Source of the DNA: Candidatus Pelethosoma merdigallinarum
GTDB lineage: Bacteria; Bacillota_I; Bacilli_A; RF39; UBA660
Direction of reading: 5' to 3'
Assembly (NCBI GenBank): GCA_018716065.1
Contig: DVKJ01000017.1
Coordinates: 2,031-66,030 of the forward strand
DNA: 64,000 bases
Shown: positions 29,335 to 40,013 of the stretch, piece after piece
Numbering within the stretch: the first letter of the stretch is position 1
Layout: each line of letters opens with the position of its first letter
Translations under genes and position numbers: made by a program
The notes under the pieces: generated by a model
Databases searched by the model: none
Told to the model about the DNA's origin: nothing
Seen by the model: the letters and a program-made list of their open reading frames with translations, nothing else

Positions 29335-30942
29335 TTATTTCCTTGGTATTACAAGCTGTTGTCCAATCACCAAACTATTACTAGTTAAATTATTGAGACG
29401 TTTTAACTCATCTACCGTCGTATTATAAGTTTGTGCAATTTTGTACAAACTATCCCCATTTTTTACCACATAAGTAAAAGTTGTACTATTTGAGGTAGGA
29501 ATACGTAATACTTGACCGACACTTAAGTAATCCGTAGTCAGTCCATTAATTCTTCTAATATCATCTACCGTTGTATTAAACTTCATTGCGATTTTATATA
29601 AGCTGTCTCCACTTTGAACCACATAATTTGTTAAACTTTCTCCCTCTGGATTAATAACCTCATCCGTTGTTGGCACCTTTAATACTTGACCTATCTGTAA
29701 ATTATTACTAGTCAAATTATTTAATCGTTTTAATTCATCTACGGTCGTATTGAATTTTCTAGCAATACTCCATAGACTGTCACCACTTTGAACCGTATAG
29801 GTATTGGTACTTCCAGAACTTGTGGATGGAACAATAAGTACTTGACCAATAGTTAATGTATCACTGGTTAAGTTATTCAAACGTTTCAATTCTGCGACTG
29901 TTGTATTAAATTTCTGAGCTATGTTATATAAACTGTCACCACTCTGTACTGTATACGTAGTTGTTCCTTCGCTTTCTGAATCTTCTCCACCACTGGTACT
30001 TGGAATAATTAATACTTGACCTACACTTAGATTATCGCTAGTTAAATTATTTACACGTTTTAATTCTGCGACCGTGGTATTGAACTTTCTAGCAATCTTA
30101 TATAAACTATCGCCACTTTGAACCGTATAACTAGTACCCCCCTCTATCGGAGCGTTACTAGGAATTAATAAAATTTGACCTACACTTAAGGCATCACTCG
30201 TTAAATTATTCAAACGCTTAATTGCATCCACCGTCGTATTAAATTCACGAGCCAATTTCCATAATGTATCTCCACTTTTTACAACATAGCTAATAGTTCC
30301 TTGAGGTGGAATCTCTCCACCCATTTTCGTCGCAATCAACGCATCGACAACCGCATCCACATATTCACGATAATTTTGTTTAATACGATTCAAATCATTG
30401 GCATTATTAATAAACCCATATTCAACAATAACTGGTTCGGTTACACCTGTATTACGATGAATGAAATAATAATCTTTGGATGTATCACTTGGTAAACGAC
30501 GTTGATAGTAACTTCTTCCAATTTGACCGGCATTTTCCAAAGCATTTAAAATATTAGAAGCTAGAGTATCATCGTTACGAAGAGCATAGATAACTTCAGC
30601 TCCTTCCGCAGTTCCTGTTGTATTGGAATTAATATGATTGGAAATGACAACAACATCTTCATTATTTCCAAATGCATTTAAAATACGATTCACACGTTCC
30701 GTTGGACTAACAGTTTCATCCGTTGTTCTTGTCATCACAACAGGGACTCCCATTTCTTTAAATCGTTCATACATATATTGTGAAATTAGTAAGGTTAAAT
30801 CTTTTTCTTTGGTATCTCCGGATACTGCACCAGGGTCATCTCCACCATGGCCAGCATCAATGACCACTTCAAAATCGTACATGTTTATGACCTCCTCTAA
30901 CATAATATATGACAAAAATATAATATTGTTAGTTGATTTCAT
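29335..30942 (-). CDS. N-acetylmuramoyl-L-alanine amidase (Amidase_3) with six C-terminal LysM repeats
   Basis: VVIDAGHGGDDPGA Zn-amidase motif; six ~44-aa LysM units (Y[TV]VQSGDSL[YW]KIA.KFNTTV.ELKRLNNLTS..L.[IV]GQVL.[IV]P). Confidence 0.85.
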   Translation of the reverse strand: MKSTNNIIFLSYIMLEEVINMYDFEVVIDAGHGGDDPGAVSGDTKEKDLTLLISQYMYERFKEMGVPVVMTRTTDETVSPTERVNRILNAFGNNEDVVVISNHINSNTTGTAEGAEVIYALRNDDTLASNILNALENAGQIGRSYYQRRLPSDTSKDYYFIHRNTGVTEPVIVEYGFINNANDLNRIKQNYREYVDAVVDALIATKMGGEIPPQGTISYVVKSGDTLWKLAREFNTTVDAIKRLNNLTSDALSVGQILLIPSNAPIEGGTSYTVQSGDSLYKIARKFNTTVAELKRVNNLTSDNLSVGQVLIIPSTSGGEDSESEGTTTYTVQSGDSLYNIAQKFNTTVAELKRLNNLTSDTLTIGQVLIVPSTSSGSTNTYTVQSGDSLWSIARKFNTTVDELKRLNNLTSNNLQIGQVLKVPTTDEVINPEGESLTNYVVQSGDSLYKIAMKFNTTVDDIRRINGLTTDYLSVGQVLRIPTSNSTTFTYVVKNGDSLYKIAQTYNTTVDELKRLNNLTSNSLVIGQQLVIPRK

Positions 30943-31224
30943 ATAAAAGGAAGCTTCACTTTACACATTGACTAGTTATCTATCAAAATAATTACTTTTA
31001 ACAATTAAAAAAAAGAGAATTATCAAACTGATATTTCTCCTTGAAAATCATTTACTTCTATTCTATTTTTGTTTAAACACATGCCATTTTCAGAAAGGTT
31101 TTTTTGTTACTTCTTTAGGCGTTTGTACCATTTTGCCAACGTCGGCAAAATGGTCATTAGTATGGATCGCACTTTTTTACAAGATAGTGTTATCTTTTAC
31201 AATATTAAATCATTATTTCAATTT

Positions 31225-32238
31225 TTAACTAATTTTCCAAGTTAATCCTTGATCATCACTTATCATCACTACTTTTTCTGGTATATTGGAATAATAGAAA
31301 CTTCCTATCAATTTTAACTGATCTTGTTCATAATAAGGCATTTCTTCAATATATAAATTTTTTAAAGATTGAGAATCAATTTCAAACTGAGCAGGGTTAA
31401 AAGTTCGACCACCATCTCTAGTTACTAATAAACCTTTATTAGAATTATCTTTAAATTCTTTAATAAATCCAATTGTCTCATCTAAGAATAGATAAATCTC
31501 ATCTCTTCCTACAGTTAATGTTTGACTTTTTAGTTGATTTACAAAAGAATTTCCACCGTCTATCGATTTTTCTACTATAATTACATCTTTATATCCAATT
31601 TCTGCTTCGCCAGATTTAACACGAATGATTGTTTGAGGCGCTATTTCTTTAATGTATAATATTTTTTCTTCAAAAAAGTCATCAGAATTCAAATCACTAG
31701 AATTATTATCTTCTAACTTATTTATTATTTTACCTTTATCATCATAATATGTCGTACCTAAGTAATCAGTTTCACTTAAAGAATTATTGTAATTTTTAGT
31801 AAATCTAGGTTGTTTCCTTCGAAATATAATATTTTCAAAATCATAATAATCAATACGATTTGAAAGTAAAAAACTATATTTTATCTCTACATATTTTTTA
31901 TCATCAATAGTTACAATTTTTTCAGTTTGACTTAATAATGGAAACAAAATAATAATGAGAAATACAAGTGAGAAAAAACCTTCTATAATAAAATATGAAA
32001 TGTAAAATGATATTTTGTCTCTATCTGAACATTCCAAATGATGAACGATTTGAAAGGTACCTCCAATCATACCCAAAATAATCATGATAGTTGAGATCGC
32101 TTTAAACATAAATAAATATTCATAGTTGAGTCTTGATAATATAAACCATCCTAAAATAAAAAGAAAGAAATATATTAAAGAAAATACAAAAAGATAATTT
32201 TTCCTACATGCTTTTTTCATATCTATCCATCCAAACAT
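31225..32238 (-). CDS. Hypothetical polytopic membrane protein with C-terminal extracellular domain
   Basis: Four predicted TM helices; C-terminal DDQGLTW resembles a BNR/Asp-box; weak. Confidence 0.35.
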   Translation of the reverse strand: MFGWIDMKKACRKNYLFVFSLIYFFLFILGWFILSRLNYEYLFMFKAISTIMIILGMIGGTFQIVHHLECSDRDKISFYISYFIIEGFFSLVFLIIILFPLLSQTEKIVTIDDKKYVEIKYSFLLSNRIDYYDFENIIFRRKQPRFTKNYNNSLSETDYLGTTYYDDKGKIINKLEDNNSSDLNSDDFFEEKILYIKEIAPQTIIRVKSGEAEIGYKDVIIVEKSIDGGNSFVNQLKSQTLTVGRDEIYLFLDETIGFIKEFKDNSNKGLLVTRDGGRTFNPAQFEIDSQSLKNLYIEEMPYYEQDQLKLIGSFYYSNIPEKVVMISDDQGLTWKIS

Positions 32239-32688
32239 AATTAATTGTTACCATTATACCATGTCGCAGACGTCGTACACAACCTAAGCATTTTAAAACA
32301 GTAAGATCTGATTTATTAAAGATAACTCGTATATACACGAAAGATTGTAATGGAACTAAAAATACATATTTATTAACTCAATGTGCTCATACTCTATTAC
32401 ATTTATTAAACTATGGCGATATTTTAATAGCGGGTATATAGATGCTTTAAATTCAAAATTAAAAAGTGAGATAAATACTTCTACAGTATAAATCTCACTT
32501 TTGTTTTACATATATATCTATATATGATGATTTCTTAGAATGTAGTATATTATCCACTATTATAAAGTTTTCTATTCCTACCGTTACTTGATTAATGTGT
32601 TCAATGGATAATTATTATTTCTCTTCTACGTAACTAAATGATTGCTATTTTTATATTTATAAAACAATTGGTAAATATCAAAATAGTA

Positions 32689-32722
32689 TCTCTGCAAATT
32701 TCTCTGCAAATCTCTGCAAATT
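32689..32722. repeat. Short tandem repeat (three copies of tctctgcaaa(tt)) in an intergenic region
   Basis: Direct reading of sequence. Confidence 0.5.
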
Positions 32723-32824
32723 CATTTAATAATCTTAATTTTTAATTATCCATAAAGATATCGAAATCACATTTTACATATAAGCTCATTATCTTTCGAA
32801 AAAGTGACTTTTAATACTTTGATT

Positions 32825-34561
32825 TTAATGATTACTATTTTTTATTTCAGATTCGTATAAATATTTATAAGATTTACATTTCTTTAATAACTCAGTATGA
32901 GTTCCTGAATCAACTATTGTTCCATCCTCTATAAAATAGATTTTATCACAATTTACAATCGTTGATAAACGATGGGCAATAATCATAATAGTATATTCTC
33001 CTTTTAAATGATCTATTGCCTCTTGAATCTCACTTTGAGTTTTATTATCTAATGCACTTGTTGCTTCGTCAAAAAGAATAATCTTTGTTTTTTGAATTAA
33101 AGCACGGGCTATCGCTAGACGTTGTCTTTGCCCTCCTGAAAGATTAACTCCACCTTCTCCAATCATCGTATCATAACCTAGAGGTAATGATTTGATGTAA
33201 TCATCTAAACAAGCAAGATGACAAGCTTCTTTCATTTCTTTCTCAGTTAAGTCTTTTTTCACCAATTTCAAATTATCCTTAATACTCATGTTAAAAATAT
33301 ATGGATTTTGAGAAATAATTGTAATATTTTTTCGAATAGATTCTTCGTCTAATTCATTAATATCACATCCGTCTATTAAAATCTTCCCATTATTTATAGA
33401 ATACATTTTACATAAAAGATTAAATATAGTTGTTTTTCCGGATCCACTTTTTCCAACAAATCCAATCGTCGTACCAGCTTGTATTTTAAAAGATAAATCT
33501 TTTAACACTTCCTTTTCACTATATCCAAAAGATACATGTTGAAATTCAAAATTTCCTTTCACATTAGATAGATGTTTAGATCCAAATTTTTCTTTCTTAA
33601 ATTTTTTGCTATAGATAATACTAAACACACGATTGGTAGAAATATTAAAACTTTTACATTCTTCCAATAAAGACGAAACAGTTCCCATTAAATCAGTAAG
33701 AACAGTCGCACGATAACTATAAAGGGCAACTCCTACGGCAATATCAAAGACATTGTTAGTTACCAAATAAACTAATAAAATAACAGTTAGAAATTCCAAT
33801 AAATATTTAATAGAATCAATAAGCAAATTCAATTCCATATCTATATTTCGCATTTCAAAATTCTTTTCACTTTGTAGTAATATATTGCGATCTAATTCTT
33901 TCATAAAGCTATCTTTAGCATACAGCATTTTGATGTCTCTAGCACCACGAACCAATTCTCCAGTAAGACCAGCAACATGATCACTCTGCTTTCTAAATTC
34001 AATATCTTTTTCACCAACTCGCTCACTTTTAAGGTAATATAAAACCGTCAAAATAATTGAAGCAAATAAATAATATAAAAACATGTGATAATCAATAACT
34101 AAAATAGCAACAAATGAACCAATATTAGATAAAAATCCTGTCATTTTTCCCATACCGGTAGTAAACATGCCAGCCATTTTATCTGTATCATTAGTTAACC
34201 TTTGAATAAAAGTACCACTTGAATTTTTATCTAATGTATCTTGATCTAATTTTAAAATTTCTCTTCCTAATGCCATCTGCATATTTCGAACCGTACCACG
34301 TCTAAAAATCTGAGTGTTTTTACGAATAATTAATGTTTTTACAGCGTCAATAAGTGCAAGTCCAAAAAGAATTAAAGCCATAAAAATAGCTTGCTTAAAT
34401 ACAGAATCTGTAAAAGCAACAATAAATTGAGCAGATAATAGAGGAACTGTAATATTAATTGCAATTCCAACAATGCAGCAAATAACTTGTATGATTAATG
34501 CTCTCTTATATTCTTTCCCATAACGATAAACTCGTTTCAAGTTTCTTAATGTTTCCTTCAT
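32825..34561 (-). CDS. ABC exporter, fused permease/ATP-binding protein (ABCB-type)
   Basis: Six N-terminal TM helices; Walker A GKSGSGKTT; signature LSGGQRQRLAIARAL; Walker B ILFDEATSALD. Confidence 0.85.
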   Translation of the reverse strand: MKETLRNLKRVYRYGKEYKRALIIQVICCIVGIAINITVPLLSAQFIVAFTDSVFKQAIFMALILFGLALIDAVKTLIIRKNTQIFRRGTVRNMQMALGREILKLDQDTLDKNSSGTFIQRLTNDTDKMAGMFTTGMGKMTGFLSNIGSFVAILVIDYHMFLYYLFASIILTVLYYLKSERVGEKDIEFRKQSDHVAGLTGELVRGARDIKMLYAKDSFMKELDRNILLQSEKNFEMRNIDMELNLLIDSIKYLLEFLTVILLVYLVTNNVFDIAVGVALYSYRATVLTDLMGTVSSLLEECKSFNISTNRVFSIIYSKKFKKEKFGSKHLSNVKGNFEFQHVSFGYSEKEVLKDLSFKIQAGTTIGFVGKSGSGKTTIFNLLCKMYSINNGKILIDGCDINELDEESIRKNITIISQNPYIFNMSIKDNLKLVKKDLTEKEMKEACHLACLDDYIKSLPLGYDTMIGEGGVNLSGGQRQRLAIARALIQKTKIILFDEATSALDNKTQSEIQEAIDHLKGEYTIMIIAHRLSTIVNCDKIYFIEDGTIVDSGTHTELLKKCKSYKYLYESEIKNSNH

Positions 34562-34572
34562 ATTTTCACTTC

Positions 34573-35118
34573 CTATCTTAATTTTATAATAATATTATTA
34601 ATTAGATTATATAATTCTTGATCTGTTAACTTGATACTTTTGGCACATAATTGGCAAGCCATTCCGTGAGTAAAGAAACGAACATCACGATATAATGCTT
34701 CAGCTTTTTCCATAGTTAAATGAAAAGTTTCTTTTGTACTTTCAATCGTCTCACGATTCCAACTTGAGTGTAGTACTTCCTCTATCGTTCTAATTTTTGC
34801 TAAATCAGTCATAAACAAGGCCTGAAATAAATTGGGTTCTTTTTTAGCATAAATCGCATACGCATAACTAATAGTTAATAAATAATTATCTTTGTCAATA
34901 TATTTTTCGATAAATTTTTCATAATGTTTATGTATTTCAGATCTCAAATCTACTTTATAATCGTACAACGTTTTATAATGCCTAAAAATAGGTTGTGTGG
35001 AACAGCCAATAAATTTACCTAAATCACGGGCATTTAACTTATCAATACCATATTTATCAACAAATTTTACACCATATTTCAATAAATCTTTTTTGGTATA
35101 TTTCTCTTTTCTTGCCAT
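34573..35118 (-). CDS. TetR/AcrR-family transcriptional regulator
   Basis: N-terminal HTH (LNARDLGKFIGCSTQPIFRHY); ~180 aa; adjacent to ABC exporter. Confidence 0.7.
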   Translation of the reverse strand: MARKEKYTKKDLLKYGVKFVDKYGIDKLNARDLGKFIGCSTQPIFRHYKTLYDYKVDLRSEIHKHYEKFIEKYIDKDNYLLTISYAYAIYAKKEPNLFQALFMTDLAKIRTIEEVLHSSWNRETIESTKETFHLTMEKAEALYRDVRFFTHGMACQLCAKSIKLTDQELYNLINNIIIKLR

Positions 35119-35301
35119 AAGATCACCTCTCTAATTAAATAACGTTCGTTATTTATTATACATGTTTTTTTTCTTTTTGTCAATATTAAATAACGAATGT
35201 TATTTTTTATTTGAGTAAACTTTTTAATGATTGCTTATACTATAATTTTTTTCTTATATATTCAAATAAAAGATTGAAACAAACTCGTTTCAATCTTTTT
35301 A

Positions 35302-37278
35302 TTAGAATGTAACATATTCTCCACTATTATAAAGTTTTCCATCCACTTCTAAATAAATCGAATATTTTCCACTTAAACCTTCTGCATTTATGTATTTTGT
35401 AACTGTGATACCATTTTCAGTTTCTTCTTCACTAAAGATATCTACACATAATGCAGTATAAGGTTTCTTACTGATAGACACATTATAAACTTTCGTAAAT
35501 AAATCTTGATATAATACAATATTGACGTCTACTCCACGTTTAAAGCGTCCAGTGAATACTAAGCGATCTTCTTCTTTCGTAAATTCAATTTCATGTTCTT
35601 CTTTTATTTCTTTCAGATCAGAAGTAGAAGATGATAAACCAAAACCAGTTTTTGTTACTTCTGTTTTACCAAGACTTCCAAGTCTTTTTGCTTGTCCTTT
35701 TTGGTATTCTCCCACTTCGTATACATTCATTTTTTCTACACGATAATTATTAGTTGGTAACTTTATTTCGAAAATCACTTCATCATTTAATAATTCAACA
35801 GTATCAGAAACAAGCTCGTCTGCTCCACCTAATCCTGCTGGTTGATTTTGAACTTTTCCATCTTTATAAACGATTCCTCCTGAATGAACAATATAATGAT
35901 CTTTTTCAATATAATCAACGTCTGAAATATATGGAGAATAGAATTCACTTCCACGTTCTTTTCCATATTCCCATACTTGTTCAATTGTCATTTCATCCGT
36001 ATCTATTTTATACATCACACCACGAGTATAACTATCTTCGGCAGATACATATTCTTCTTTTACTTTTGATTTATTATTTCCATTATCTAAAATAAATACA
36101 TATCCTTCTGGTGTAATCATTGCCGCATGTTGACTCCATTGCCATTCAAAGTCATCTCCAACAGGGGTAAAGAAATATTTTTGATACTCTTCACTCCAGT
36201 TCGTTGAATCACCAATAATCCAATTTAATTCACCTGACTCATAATCAATGTTGATAACCGCATCTTGATGTCTTCCTGATAGCGTAATAGAATTGGTAGC
36301 TTCATCATACCAAACCGAATTATTGTGGAACCAGTCATAATTAATCCAATTCTCACTTTTTCCTTCTTCCATTGGTAATACATCTTTTAAATCAAATGTT
36401 TTTACAATATTTCCTGTCGTACGATCTAACTCTACAATATAATCTTCTACTGTGCCGGATGGATTATTAAAATCATCACTCGCAACTAATAAATTTCCGT
36501 TTGGAAGTTCATCATAATCATGGTGATAACCACCTGGCAAACTATATTCTTGATAGATTTTACCTAGTAAATCAATCTCATATAATCCTGTCATATAATA
36601 AGGAGAGTTGATTAAACGTTCCGTACTAATTAATAAATGTCCGTTCTCTAATCTTGCATTATCCCATAAGGCATTACTACTCAAATACCAACGAACATCT
36701 CCATTTACATCATACGCACAAGTATATCCCTTGCTAGAAGGAGTGAAAAAATATAAATCATTTGAAAGATTTTCTTTATCAGCTTCTACACTTGTTGGCA
36801 AGATAAAATCTTCTGGTAGAGCTTCTGTTTTAATTTTAAGTTCTTTCTCTTTTTCCTCTCCATCTTCTGTATAGGTAATCGTAACGGTATTTTCTGTATC
36901 TGGATATAATCCATAAACTGGTAAATAGTGAATTTTACTAGACTCAAAAGTATGACTAAAGGTAGATAACTCATCTTCGCCATGAACTGTTATGGTTGGT
37001 GTTACTTCTTCTTCTGTTTCAAACATCACTAAAGCTGTTAGTGGGGAATTGTGATAGGGATCTAACACAACATTAGGATTATCAATCGTATATCCTTTTG
37101 TGATTAGTTCTTCTTCATACTTTGCTTGTTTGGTAATTAAACTTTCTGTTACCACTAGTTCTTTGTTATTTACAAATTGATTATTATATATCAATATACC
37201 TCCAAAAATAAGTACTAACAGTATCACGATAATAATTAAAATAATATTCTTTTTCTTCATCATTTTCCTCCTCAACAT
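35302..37278 (-). CDS. Arylsulfotransferase (ASST)-family beta-propeller protein, membrane-anchored
   Basis: N-terminal TM; HHDYDELPNGNLLVASDDF and repeated propeller-like blades consistent with aryl-sulfate sulfotransferase family; moderate confidence. Confidence 0.45.
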   Translation of the reverse strand: MLRRKMMKKKNIILIIIVILLVLIFGGILIYNNQFVNNKELVVTESLITKQAKYEEELITKGYTIDNPNVVLDPYHNSPLTALVMFETEEEVTPTITVHGEDELSTFSHTFESSKIHYLPVYGLYPDTENTVTITYTEDGEEKEKELKIKTEALPEDFILPTSVEADKENLSNDLYFFTPSSKGYTCAYDVNGDVRWYLSSNALWDNARLENGHLLISTERLINSPYYMTGLYEIDLLGKIYQEYSLPGGYHHDYDELPNGNLLVASDDFNNPSGTVEDYIVELDRTTGNIVKTFDLKDVLPMEEGKSENWINYDWFHNNSVWYDEATNSITLSGRHQDAVINIDYESGELNWIIGDSTNWSEEYQKYFFTPVGDDFEWQWSQHAAMITPEGYVFILDNGNNKSKVKEEYVSAEDSYTRGVMYKIDTDEMTIEQVWEYGKERGSEFYSPYISDVDYIEKDHYIVHSGGIVYKDGKVQNQPAGLGGADELVSDTVELLNDEVIFEIKLPTNNYRVEKMNVYEVGEYQKGQAKRLGSLGKTEVTKTGFGLSSSTSDLKEIKEEHEIEFTKEEDRLVFTGRFKRGVDVNIVLYQDLFTKVYNVSISKKPYTALCVDIFSEEETENGITVTKYINAEGLSGKYSIYLEVDGKLYNSGEYVTF

Positions 37279-37346
37279 TATCTTATCTTAAGTAAGTATT
37301 CTTTTTCAATAACGAGGAAGTTGAAAAAACTCAACGTAAGGTTGAG

Positions 37347-38054
37347 TTAACAGTGATCTAGTGATAAAGGGACTTTATAGGTTGTTGTTTTTCCATTCAT
37401 ATCGGTCGCATTAATTTGTAAATAAAGGTTTTCATTTTTATAAATTTTACATTGTTGTTCATAATTATCAATTTTAAAAGTAATATCTTTTAAGAATTCT
37501 TCTAAAGTCATTGATGTATCTTTTTTGACATATTCTTGAATCTTAGTCTCTGTATTTTGATTTACTTCATATAAATTACATTCTAAGTATTGATACATAG
37601 TTGTATCTTCTTCGCCACAATATTCGATATGTGAAATATAAATTGAAGATTTATTCTCGTTATAGGCAATACTTCCTGAAAGTTTAAATTGATTACAATT
37701 CGCAGAAATGGTTTTAAACTCAAATTCATCTTGATGATGAGAATAAAAGTATCCAAAAATACCTAGTAAGAATACAACAACAATACCTAGGATATACCAT
37801 TTATATTTTTTCACAAATGATTTTTTTGGAGTAATACTTGTTTTTCCATCTAGTAAATCTTCCATAGGAATTTCGAAATCCTTACCGATTTCTCGAAGTA
37901 ATACAATATCGGGAATATTTTTTCCATTTTCCCATTTACTAACGGCTTGATAAGTTACGCCATATTTATCGGCAAATTGTTTTTGTGTTAAATGGTTCTT
38001 TTTACGAATATCTTTAATCATTTGACCAATACGTTCTGGATTCATAAACATCAC
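37347..38054 (-). CDS. XRE-family HTH regulator with a TM segment and C-terminal extracytoplasmic domain
   Basis: N-terminal LTQKQFADKYGVTYQAVSKWENG HTH; central hydrophobic helix. Confidence 0.6.
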   Translation of the reverse strand: MMFMNPERIGQMIKDIRKKNHLTQKQFADKYGVTYQAVSKWENGKNIPDIVLLREIGKDFEIPMEDLLDGKTSITPKKSFVKKYKWYILGIVVVFLLGIFGYFYSHHQDEFEFKTISANCNQFKLSGSIAYNENKSSIYISHIEYCGEEDTTMYQYLECNLYEVNQNTETKIQEYVKKDTSMTLEEFLKDITFKIDNYEQQCKIYKNENLYLQINATDMNGKTTTYKVPLSLDHC

Positions 38055-38158
38055 CTATATTGATTGTAATATTTTTTTTATTTTTTTGTCAAGATATCAC
38101 AATTTTAAAGAAGACATCTTTCTAAATATTTGATATACTATCTACAGAGGTGTTTATT

Positions 38159-38854
38159 ATGAGAAAATGTTTTATGATGGTGGTTCTAATGTTGGTCTTA
38201 GTACCTGGGTTTGTAGTACACGCAGAAGGTACTACTCAAGATTATACGATCAATGATTTAAATATGACCGTTTCTTTAAATCAAGATTGGTATACTTTAA
38301 CCAAAGATACGACACTTAGCGCAGAACAAATCGAATTGCTTGGTATGAGTCAAACAGAATTTGAACAATATTTTACGAACAATCAAATAGATCTATATTC
38401 TATGTCTGATAGTTTTGACTTTTTTATTCGTTCCAATGATTCCGATATCAACAACTTAAGCAACTATTCAAATCAAGATATTCAAAGCTTAGCAGATGAA
38501 ATTGCAAAAAGTTCTAATTCTTTACAATATCAACTTTGGAAGAATCAAGGCTTAACTTATATTGAATCTAGTTACTACGATAGTATTAATTCTTTATATA
38601 TTTATGAATTTTATACTGTGGTGAATCGCAAAAATATTACCTTTACCGCACAAAAATTAACAGAATTTACTGATGAAGAAAAAACAGAAATTAAAAACAT
38701 TATGGAAAATGTAAAGATAGAAATTTTAGATCAATATAAAAATGAAGAAAGTGGTCTAGCCATTGAAATGACTCCTCTTCTATCAGGATTCTTAATAGTA
38801 GGTGGAGTTATTTGTGTAGGTATTATTATTTTACTAACGAGAAAGAAACATTAA
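38159..38854 (+). CDS. Hypothetical secreted protein with C-terminal membrane anchor
   Basis: Signal peptide and C-terminal TM (LLSGFLIVGGVICVGIIILL); ORF-track start 38150 is GTG; ATG at 38159 has a GAGGTG RBS. Confidence 0.4.
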   Translation: MRKCFMMVVLMLVLVPGFVVHAEGTTQDYTINDLNMTVSLNQDWYTLTKDTTLSAEQIELLGMSQTEFEQYFTNNQIDLYSMSDSFDFFIRSNDSDINNLSNYSNQDIQSLADEIAKSSNSLQYQLWKNQGLTYIESSYYDSINSLYIYEFYTVVNRKNITFTAQKLTEFTDEEKTEIKNIMENVKIEILDQYKNEESGLAIEMTPLLSGFLIVGGVICVGIIILLTRKKH

Positions 38855-39918
38855 TCAATATTTTTTACTAAATCGAAGGTATATCCTTCTTTTTTCATGG
38901 TTTTAATAAAATCATCCATGGCCAAATAATTTCCCTTAGAAGTAGGATGTAATAAATAAATCGCACCATTATGAACACGTTCCATCATCGATTCTAAAGC
39001 TTCTTCTTTGGTTAATTTATCATCCCAATCTTGATATGCCGCACTCCAAAAATAAGTTTTATAACCTAAATCTTTTACAATGGATAAACTACGTAAACTA
39101 TATTCTCCTTTGGGTTCACGATAAATATGATCCATCGGTTTACCAGTCGCTTTTTCAAAGGCTTCTTCCGTAACAATTAATTCATTCAAATATTTTTCAA
39201 AATGAGCTTTCGTCGCAAGACTAGGCATAGATGGATGCGTTGAAGTATGGTTGCCAACAGAATGACCTTTCTCTACTAAATGACGCATCAGTTCCGGATG
39301 ACTTTCAATATAATGACGACATAAAAAGAAAGTCGCTTGAACATCATTTTGATCTAATATTTTTACAATCTCTTCTAAATACGTTTCATTATTTCCTTCA
39401 TCAAATGTTAGATATAGAACCTTTTCATCCGCTCCCATCGCATAGGCACCATATTTCTTTAATTCTTCATTGGATATATCAATCGTCGGTCTTTTTCCAT
39501 CTCGTTTATTGTTAGTACCCCAACCATGAATGGTATTATCAACTTGGTCATATTCTGCTTTATATTCCGCTTTTGTACTTAACTTTATATTGACAAAACG
39601 TTTAGCTTCTATCGTGTTACCTAGCGAATTTGTTACCTTATAAGTAATCTCATAAGTACCTGGTGTTTGATTGTCAATATTGTTCTTTACCTTTACTTTT
39701 TTTGTTAAACTGCCATCGTGATCATCATGAGCCACATATCCCTTTTCTTGATATTCTTCTCCTAATTGTAATTGAATCATACGTGAACCTTTCAATTCTA
39801 AAACAGGATAATCATTCACTTTTCTGGAATGGGAGATAAAAAAATGATTAAATGTGAAAATAATGCATAATAAAAGAATGGCAAGTATTATCAATAAATA
39901 AACTCTCTTCTTGGTCAT
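38851..39918 (-). CDS. Polysaccharide deacetylase (NodB/CE4 family), membrane-anchored
   Basis: TFDEGNNETYLEEIVKILDQNDVQATFFL and HTSTHPSM motifs. Confidence 0.75.
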   Translation of the reverse strand: MTKKRVYLLIILAILLLCIIFTFNHFFISHSRKVNDYPVLELKGSRMIQLQLGEEYQEKGYVAHDDHDGSLTKKVKVKNNIDNQTPGTYEITYKVTNSLGNTIEAKRFVNIKLSTKAEYKAEYDQVDNTIHGWGTNNKRDGKRPTIDISNEELKKYGAYAMGADEKVLYLTFDEGNNETYLEEIVKILDQNDVQATFFLCRHYIESHPELMRHLVEKGHSVGNHTSTHPSMPSLATKAHFEKYLNELIVTEEAFEKATGKPMDHIYREPKGEYSLRSLSIVKDLGYKTYFWSAAYQDWDDKLTKEEALESMMERVHNGAIYLLHPTSKGNYLAMDDFIKTMKKEGYTFDLVKNID

Positions 39919-40013
39919 AGGTTCCTCCTTAATACTACATTATATGGAAGAGGATCAAAAAAAAGACATTAGGATGCCTTTCTTTTAAACTGTTTTAAAA
40001 GAAAATAATAGAA

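Noticed and set aside
29400-30300. Regular ~130-bp periodicity could be taken for a CRISPR-like or satellite repeat
   Set aside because: It is coding. It is six LysM domains in one continuous reading frame of the amidase.
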